From: Camelus dromedarius
Taxonomy: Eukaryota
Length of the DNA: 64,000 nt
Assembly (NCBI RefSeq): GCF_036321535.1
Contig: NC_087447.1
Span: forward strand, 47,308,001 to 47,372,000
Reading direction: 5' to 3'
In this document: positions 26,120 to 64,000 of the stretch, one piece after another
Layout of the letters: each line of letters starts with the position of its first letter
Numbering within the stretch: position 1 is the stretch's first letter
Position numbers and translations under genes: made by a program
Notes under the pieces: generated by a model
The model's input: the letters and a program-made list of their open reading frames with translations, nothing else
Told to the model about the DNA's origin: nothing
Database searches by the model: none

Positions 26120-27994
26120 AGGTCACTGCCCTCTCTGGGTCCCAGTTTCCTCATCTGACCCTGGGAAGGCTCTCTAAGCTCCTTTTACTCTGAGGGAGGT
26201 TCCCACAAGCTGAGCTTCTGAATCTCAGTTTCTCTTGCCCACAAAGGGGCCAATAATCCCTGTCTATCCGTGGGAGAGCCTCCCAATCAAGAGATCATAG
26301 TTTTCCTCCGGCTACTGCCAAGAGAGGAAGAAGCCCCAGGAACGTGTGCAGAGGTGAGGGGACAGGCGGTGAGGCGACAGGCAGTGACTGACAGGGATGA
26401 GGCAAGTGCTTTCTGCCAACCCAGCATCCTACTTTTATCTCTCCCCAACTCCCCAACTCCGCCACAACCCAGTCGATTTTTCTTAGTTCCTAGAATTCCA
26501 TGCCTCCTGCTCAGTCCTGTGGTTTCTCCAGGGATGATTCAGGAATAGAGGGTGGCAGCCATCTTGTCAGGAAGTTGCAACACCTACTGTTCTCACAGCT
26601 ACCATGCCCGCTAGTCTTCAAACTTGACGTGTACTTTGCGTCCTGTTGGGACCCATCTTAGGGTGCCCTCGGAGAACAATCTGGCTGTGCTGTCTATAAG
26701 CTGATTTCACTCACACTAACTCCCCAGAACTCGGTGAACTCCCTCCCCGCACACCCTCCTGTGTCCTGAAGGCCTCCAGAGAACGCATCGTTCTGGTTTA
26801 TGGACAGGAAAACTGAGACCAGTGAGGAATCCCGGTTTTCATCCTGCCAGGAGGGAAGGGAGAGCCCCGGAGGGGCTGCAAACAGAGGAGGGGCCCAGTG
26901 TATGGTGATGATGGCTGCTTTGTGTTTCACGAGAATCCAGCAGTGAATTTCTGTCAGGTAGGAGGCCTCCCCTGACATTCCTGATCTTCTCCACACCAGT
27001 CATGCTGACTCCTTCTTCCCCCTCCCTTTATTCCCTCCTCAACCCCAACTCTCCCTTCACTCCCCAGGTGCTGTCCAGAGTCTAGCCTTGGGGGTGATGG
27101 CTGCCCTGCTCCCCCAGAGCCAGCTTCTGCTCAGAGCAGGCCTCTCTCACCCCTTCACCTCCCTGCCGCTGGCCCCCTCCCAGGAGACCACAGCTGAGGC
27201 TGTGAAAACAGCATCTCCCCGCCATCCTTTCCAGCACCCCCCACCTGGCTGGGCCACCTCATGCCATCCTTGTCTGGCTCTGCTTTCCACCCCAGGCCCC
27301 ACCCACCCTGAATCAAGCTGACTGTGCCCTGGGAGGCTGAGCAGTTGAGGAAGCACTGAGGCCTTGAGCACGACCCCTGCACCTCCCACCACCCAACCTG
27401 CTTTCCTGGTCTGTCTGCAAAGCCCTCACCTCCCACCCCAGTCTTTGCCACCCAAACTTCAAGAGCCCCTGAGCCCCAGCCTCCTCCTGATGCCCCTTCA
27501 CACTCCAGCTTGTTCCTGCTCTGACTCTCCCTCCTCATGGAGCAGGACCAAGCCTCACAGGGCTCTCTCCTTACTTCATACCTAGAGGAGGGGTTCTACC
27601 TACACCTGACCACAAAGCTGGTCCTGCCTTCCCAAGGATCCTTCTGTAGAGGGAGGCCACTCGGTGGGCAGACACCCCCAGCGGACATGGGGTCTCGCTC
27701 AGGTAGAACTGATGGATCTCAATCCTGTTTGGAGAGGCGCTGAAGGAGCTGGAGGCTCCGGAGAAAACATTTCCCATCTTGCCTGTGGAGTTTGTCTAGA
27801 GAGTATTCAGTCTACGTCAAGAGTGTGTCTGTGTGAAAAGAGAATGAGCGTGTGAGTCTGTGTGTGCGTGGGTGTGTTTGTGAGCATGAAAGACGCTTGC
27901 ACCAGTGGATGGGAGTGAGGTTAGCCCCCACAACCCCACCCACCCACTCACATGCCCTTCTCAGACCTCTGGGCAGATGAGGACAGCAGGGGTT

Positions 27995-28013
27995 GAGCGC
28001 CACCTGGTGGCCA
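27995..28013 (-). promoter_or_regulatory. Near-consensus CTCF motif
   Basis: Minus strand TGGCCACCAGGTGGCGCTC. Confidence 0.7.
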
Positions 28014-28439
28014 TGAGCTGCACTACAAGCCACCATCCTCTATGCCTTTTCTCATGTCCCTCCTGCCCCAGCAACACAGGCACACAGAGCTGATCCCAGA
28101 CCCTTCTCTGGGGACCCAACCCACTTGCTCACCGCCCCTACCCACCACGACAGTCCTGCAGAGGCAGAGACCCTGCCCTACTGAATCTCCTTCCTCTAGC
28201 CCAGAGAAAGAGCCCTTGGAGGAAAGTCAGGCTCCCACCCAAACTTGGCCAATAACTTAACCTGAACCTCAAGCTTCTTGGCTACAGAATGAGTTAATAG
28301 TATCTACGCCACAGATTCCTTGTGAGGTTTCATGTAAAATGAAGCTATTAAGTTGGGAGGGCAGGGCAACTACAAAAAGCCCTGGGGCCAAGCCTTGTGT
28401 TCTCTGACCTGGTGAGGGGAGTCGGCAGGCTCTGTGCAG

Positions 28440-28780
28440 AAGCGTGGCCCGCCTCTCATCCGCCCTCCCCGGCTTTCTCCCGCCCCTGTCCCCTGGCAGC
28501 CCCAAACAGCTGCCCCGCCCATCTTCGCAGGGAACTTACCTCCTGCCGGAGGCTCCACTCCACACGTGGTTACCGGTAAGGGTGGCGCTGAGCGGCAGCC
28601 CACGGTTGTTCCCCGGGCGGCACCATTTTCCCGGGCACTTGCTAGTCCTCCCCCCGCCCCCGTTCCCGCCCCCGCCCCATCCAATTGGTCACAAGTTCTG
28701 TCAGTCCAGTGCGTCTGACTTCCTCCTCCCTCGCCCCGCCCAGGGCACGGAGCACCTGCACTAGAATAATCCCCGCCCAA
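28440..28780 (-). promoter_or_regulatory. CpG-rich promoter-like element
   Basis: Clustered GC boxes (28652-28678, 28733-28741, 28771-28778), CCAAT at 28681, CACGTG at 28563, donor GAG|GTAAGT at 28540/28539. Confidence 0.55.
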
Positions 28781-29711
28781 CTTCTCCTTGGGGCTCTTGC
28801 TGTGCCTTCCAGAAGCCTTCAAAAATGCACGTCTGAGCTACTCCCCACTGAAAACCTTCCCCTACCCACAAAATCAAGCCAAACTCCACAGTCTCGCATT
28901 CATGGCCCTCTCTGATCTGGCCTCACTCCCCCTCCAACTCTCCTTTCCCCGGGTGCCAGCCGCTCCCCTTCTACCCTTCTCCCCTTCTCTCCGTCTTTGT
29001 AGTAGTTCCTCCCTCTAGAAGTGCCTGCCCTTTTTTGCCACAGGAAAACAGGACCTGCTCATCTTCAAACCTCACTGCGGTTCTTCTCAGGCCCCTGCCT
29101 GAGGCCATAAGTGTCATGGCATTCAGAGCCTCCTCTCGGTCCCCAATCTCATGTCCACCCTCTCTGTGCAGAGGCACATACTATTACAGCCAGGAAAGCA
29201 GGAGAGTAACCCCACAGACACAACCCAGGGCTGCATCTGATGTAGAGTCAGACAGGGATACTCCTCTGGCTGGACTTAAGGGACAGACAGGCATCCTTGT
29301 GCCTAGCATTGGGTTCAGAGGCCCAGGCCCTGGCTGTGAGGGCCCTCATGACCAGGGTAGGCCAGAAGACAGAGGATCTAGGAGGAATACCAGGCCACCT
29401 TCTCCAGGCAGCCTCCTTGATTGCTTCAGCCCCTCAATTCTCCCTTTCTAGTCCACGGTCTCTGCCATGTCCTCTCACTGCCCCATGCTCAGGCCTCGCA
29501 TCTGCCATTCACACCTAAGCCCCCACTATCTGGCACAGGACTGGTCCAGGGGTACCCCCAACAGGTATACGACTCCCCCAGAAGCAGGGCAAGGCAGCAG
29601 AGATGGGGGATCCACTAGACTGGGAGTTCTAAAAGGCATTTGCCTCCCCCATTGGTGTTTTCTGCTCCTAACCCCATGCACAAAGTCTGCAGACAGCCCC
29701 GTGGGGGAGGG

Positions 29712-30916
29712 TTGGTAGAAAGAAATAGATTTATTCTCATGTACAAAGCGGTCAGCCCACAGGACCATATACAACAGTGGCACAGAGTCCTAGAAAAACA
29801 CATCTCTCTAAAGGCAACTCAGAATAGGTAAGGCAGGTGGCCCCCCTCCCCCCACCCCACAACACACATAGAACAAAACAGAGAAGGGGGAAGCCCGGCC
29901 CTATGGGGTCTCCCAAGCCCTGGGGCAAGGGTGGATATGGCCTTGAAGACAAGAGAAGCCCTGCCAGGGCTGAGGCCAGGCCCTCCTGGCTGCAGGAATG
30001 GGGGAGGGGCTCGGGCTAAGGGGGTACACTCAGGGGGCCACTGAGGGACTCAGGGTCGGCGCTCTGCCTGAGGGTGCCAGGGACATTCCATGGCCTCCTC
30101 TGGGACTCCACAGAGCTAGGGGGACTTTGATCTAAAAGTCATCTTAGAGAACGGATTGTCTCACCCTCTTGTTTCCCTCAGATGGGGGAAGGAACTTGCC
30201 TGGGTCACACAGCCAAGAGGAAGCACTGCTGACCCATCCTGGGCCAGTCTCCCAGCCCAGGAATCCTTCCTGCCCACTGTTCCCATCCTGCTTTTTTCCT
30301 GAGCCCCCTCTCCCCAGAGCACTGAGCTGTCCCTCTGGCAGCTTCCTCGTGGGGCCCTGCGTCTTCCCAAGTCCCAGTCTTCACCATCACTACAGTGGCA
30401 GACCTTGGGGACACCTGTGGCCCCATGGCTATTTCTAGTCTTCCAGCCAAACTGATGACTGTCTCTAAGACTCAGCCTCTGCCCACTCAGATGTCCCACA
30501 TTCTCCTTGCATGGGGATCCTGGGGGGTAGGGGGTGTCTCCAGGAGAAAAGGGCACAGAACTGGTGGGGCAGGAATGAGGCCCAGGAGAAACTATCTGGG
30601 CTGCCTCAGAAAAGGAGTGGCTTGAAGGGTGATTTGCCAAGGTGTGGTCAGAGGTGCAGAGCAGAGCCCACTGCTCACTGATCACCCCTGTGCTCTCAGA
30701 GGTCATATATATGACAAAGTCTTGGTGAGGCTGGAAGTCTTGTTTCCATTATACAGACAGGAAAGCTGAGGCCCAAGGAGGTCAGCCCTTGCCCGGGATC
30801 ACACGAGAAGTCCTGGTCTGGAATCCAGGACCCGTGGCTCTGGTCCCAGGGTATGTGGCCAGGCCAGTGAGGGGTTGTGGGGGGCGGCCTGGGCAGGGAG
30901 GGGTCCCCGGAGGGAC
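29712..30916 (-). other. PDE2A: PDE2A 3' UTR (~1.2 kb; 3' end approximate; MIR remnant at ~30720-30840)
   Basis: Runs from the stop codon to ~20 nt past the AATAAA signal. Confidence 0.8.
29730..29735 (-). terminator. PDE2A polyadenylation signal AATAAA
   Basis: Minus strand reads TTTGTACATGAGAATAAATCTATTTC, with upstream TGTA (CFIm-type) motifs. Confidence 0.85.
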
Positions 30917-61101
<30,185 letters not shown>

Positions 61102-62089
61102 CTAGAAGAGAGGAAAGGGCAGTGAGGGCCTTTGCTGGGCGGGCCAGGGCAGTTCCCCTGGCCCAGGCAGCTGTGAGCACAAACTCCCAGCTGAAACCAG
61201 AGGCCACAGTTCTCAGACACTTGAATCTCAGGATCTTAGGATCTCAGAATCCAACCAGTCTTAAGGCCATAGAACGTCCAAGTGCCCTTATCTTATAGAT
61301 GGGCCAGGGACTTAGCAAAGAACTCACTGTGAGTCAAGATGTCGAGTCTAGATTAGACCCCAGGTCTCTTGTCTTTTAGCCAAAGATAACTCTGGCATAG
61401 TAGGGAAAGCACAGGCTTCCACATTAATACAAAGCAAAACAAGCAAACAAAACTCCCCAAATTTGAGTCCTAGTTCCACTATTATTAGCAGTTTGCATCT
61501 TGGTCAAGTCACTGAGCCTGTCTTCTGTCTGTATGGGGGAACACTGAAGCTATCTCTCCGTACAGGGTGATATGAAGATAAAATGAAACTGAGTCCTAGG
61601 AGTGTCTCACAGAGTACCCACATGGCATAGGTGCTCAGCCAAATGTTTGCTGAATCTGGGTCCCATTGGCTTTCCCAAAGAGGGAGGTGGCCTCATACAG
61701 TCTCACTTTTCAGCCTAGTGAGGGGCCGGGAATAACAAGAGTCCAGGGGGTGCCTGAGCCCACAAGATGCGAGAAACACAGTTAGGCCAGCCTCCAGCAA
61801 GATAGGAAGGGAAGGAGAAGACAGCCTTGACTGCCTCCCAGGCTTCCCATCCCAGGAACAAGCCTCGTCCTTGGAGAGCGGAACAGAGACAAGAAAGGTC
61901 CCTGCTTCTTGCTCTATTAACTTGGCCAGAGCCACAGGGATCAAAGAGAAAGGTAACGGAACAGAGGATCCAGGGCCAAGGCAGGATCGTGACTCATACC
62001 ATCCATTCAGCCATGCCCTCCCCACTATCCCTGGAAGTTCTTTCTGATGTTTACCCTGGTGGATGGCTGGGTCTGTGATCATAAAGCAA

Positions 62090-62720
62090 AATGATTAACT
62101 GTAAGATGGAGGAGACATGGTGTGGCCCCTATTCCTATGAAAAAGACAAGAGGTTGAGGGTCTTAGTGGACTACAGGCTCAGCTCAGCATGCTCTGAGTG
62201 TAATTGTGGATGGTAATATATTAAAAATGCTGAAACTGTAGGCTGTACTAATAAAATTATGTTACTCTGAACATGTGAAAATGACAGTTCCTCCACTTTC
62301 CATAGGCTGATTAGACCATCTCCAGTGCATTGTGTCCCAGGTAAGGACACAATGAGACTCTTTCAGAGGAAGTGACTCATGTAAGAAGGGAATTGGAAAC
62401 CAAGTCCTGCATGTGACTAAGACTGGAGAGCCCCGGGGCTCCTAGCTGGAAGCAGAGCCAACCCAGGGGTCTCAGTATTTGACTACAATATCTCAGGCTT
62501 TTCTGGGCAGGGAGACTGGACTCTGTGGCTCCAGGGACAGCCTGGAGACCCATAGGATTTCTCAGGAGGCTGGCCTTGGCCCAGTGGATCGAAGACCTTC
62601 TTCCAGGCAGAGCCAAGCTACACAGGCAGAGGCCATCAGGAGAAAGAGAGGAAGTGAGCTCCCCATAACTGGGGGTGTGCAAAAATGGGCTAGATGCCCA
62701 TTTTTCAGAAAGGCTGCAGA
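62090..62720 (+). mobile_element. Ancient CR1/L3-like LINE remnant
   Basis: 'gggtcttagtggactacaggctcagc...taggctgtactaata...attagaccatctccagtgcattgtgtccca' resembles the L3/CR1 RT 3' region. Confidence 0.45.
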
Positions 62721-64000
62721 GGGGAGTCCTGCATTGGGATCCAGATGAAGCCTGGGGTTCAGACTTCAGCTCCAGATTTCACCCTTGCATCTTCTTGGCT
62801 TCAGCTTCCTCCCCTAACCCCGCTCCCACCCAGTCTTGTTTTCCAGGATTGGGGGCAGCAGGGGGCTTTCTCCCTGAATGCTCACTTGGCATTGATTTTC
62901 CCCACCCCCAACACATTTTGGTCATGGAGATGGATCTCTGTCCTCAGCCATCAGAAGCTGCTGATTCCCAACAATACAATCCCCAAATTGGATTAATGTT
63001 CCTTTAACCTTTAGGCACTGCTCATCACAGTTCACACAAACTCAGCACCACACATACTCTGCCACACAGCCACAGACCTTCCCATCTTTGCAGAAATATC
63101 CCAGCCTGCCTTCAGATACCTTCCAGGTACACATACAGAGTCACACAGGCACAGGTACTTCCTTATGGAGTCACAGGCCAGGGCTCAGTAACACCTGCAC
63201 ACACAGTATACATGTGGGCTATTGTGGCCTTTTGAGATCAATTCTGCAGACTAAAGAGGGGAGGAAGAGCTGATGCCCCAAATAATCCCAGAGTAAAGTC
63301 TGCGAACCCAAGCTCCTCAGACTGGGGTTCCCAGGGCTGGTCTCCAGAAGGTGGTGCTGGTTTATGTCTGTTCCTGCCTGGAGGCAGCAGGGATGGACAA
63401 GCTGAGACCTGAGGGACCCCGCCCTCCAGTGGAGTTTGATATGTGTTGTGGTGTGGAAGTTGGAGAAGAGGGGCCAAGGTGATGTAGTAAGCGCTGATGT
63501 AGGGGAAGAAATTTCTCAAAGCCACAGTCTTAGGACAGCTAAGTCTCCCCATTTGACAGATGAAGAAACTAAGGCTCAGAAAGAAGCAGTGCCCCACCTG
63601 TGGTCAGCCAGCTGGTCAGGACAGAGCCAGGTCCAGAACCCGAGTCTCTGGATCTCCAGCCACTGTCTTGTTCCTGCTCTGCACCCGACCCCCCCCCCCC
63701 CCCCCCCGAGCTCCCTCCCCAGGGGGCTTAGAGAGAATAGTCTGTCCTTTGTTCTCATTGGTGGTTCCTCGACCTGCCCTTTACTTGGATTGGGGGATGC
63801 CCTGACCTGTCCTTTACTGGAATTGGTAGGTGCCTGTCTGGCCTTTGTTTGGATTGGTCAGTTTTCTGTGACTCCTCAGGCTAAGGGCAGGATAATGGCG
63901 GTGAGTGGGGGAATGTGAAAGGAAACTTGGGGAGAGTTGGGAAGGCAGCAGGGAGGGAGCCTGAGTGGGCTGAATGCAGACCTGGCCGATGAAGCCTGGG

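Noticed and set aside
1..29700. ART2 gene or pseudogene expected from synteny
   Set aside because: No ART-family motifs recognised by eye; a TBLASTN search would be needed to exclude faint remnants
61102..64000. miR-139, known from PDE2A intron 2
   Set aside because: The mature sequence (TCTACAGTGCACGTGTCTCCAG or its complement) was not seen; it probably lies beyond the window end

Overview
Mammalian genomic DNA, probably from a camelid (three Vic-1-like tRNA-derived SINEs; no Alu, Bov-tA, PRE-1 or SINEC seen). Positions ~29.7-61.1 kb hold the minus-strand gene PDE2A (cGMP-stimulated phosphodiesterase 2A). I traced 29 consecutive coding exons, equivalent to human exons 3-31. All have GT-AG boundaries and consistent phases, and together give 2685 nt (894 aa plus stop) with intact GAF-A, GAF-B and catalytic motifs. 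A ~1.2 kb 3'UTR with AATAAA follows. The 5' exons lie beyond the window. Positions 1-26 kb are intergenic and dense in LTR elements (nested solo LTRs with target-site duplications, a decayed ERV-L pol region) with L1, L2 and MIR fragments. I found no convincing new protein-coding system, and most short ORFs in the track are noise. The best leads are a promoter/first-exon signature just downstream of the PDE2A poly(A) site, convergent CTCF motifs, two in-frame stop-free PDE2A introns, a splice donor overlapping the stop codon, apparent lineage-specific substitutions in GAF-A and the linker, and candidate intronic enhancers. Comparisons with human or bovine sequence and repeat-family names are from memory, not from a search.
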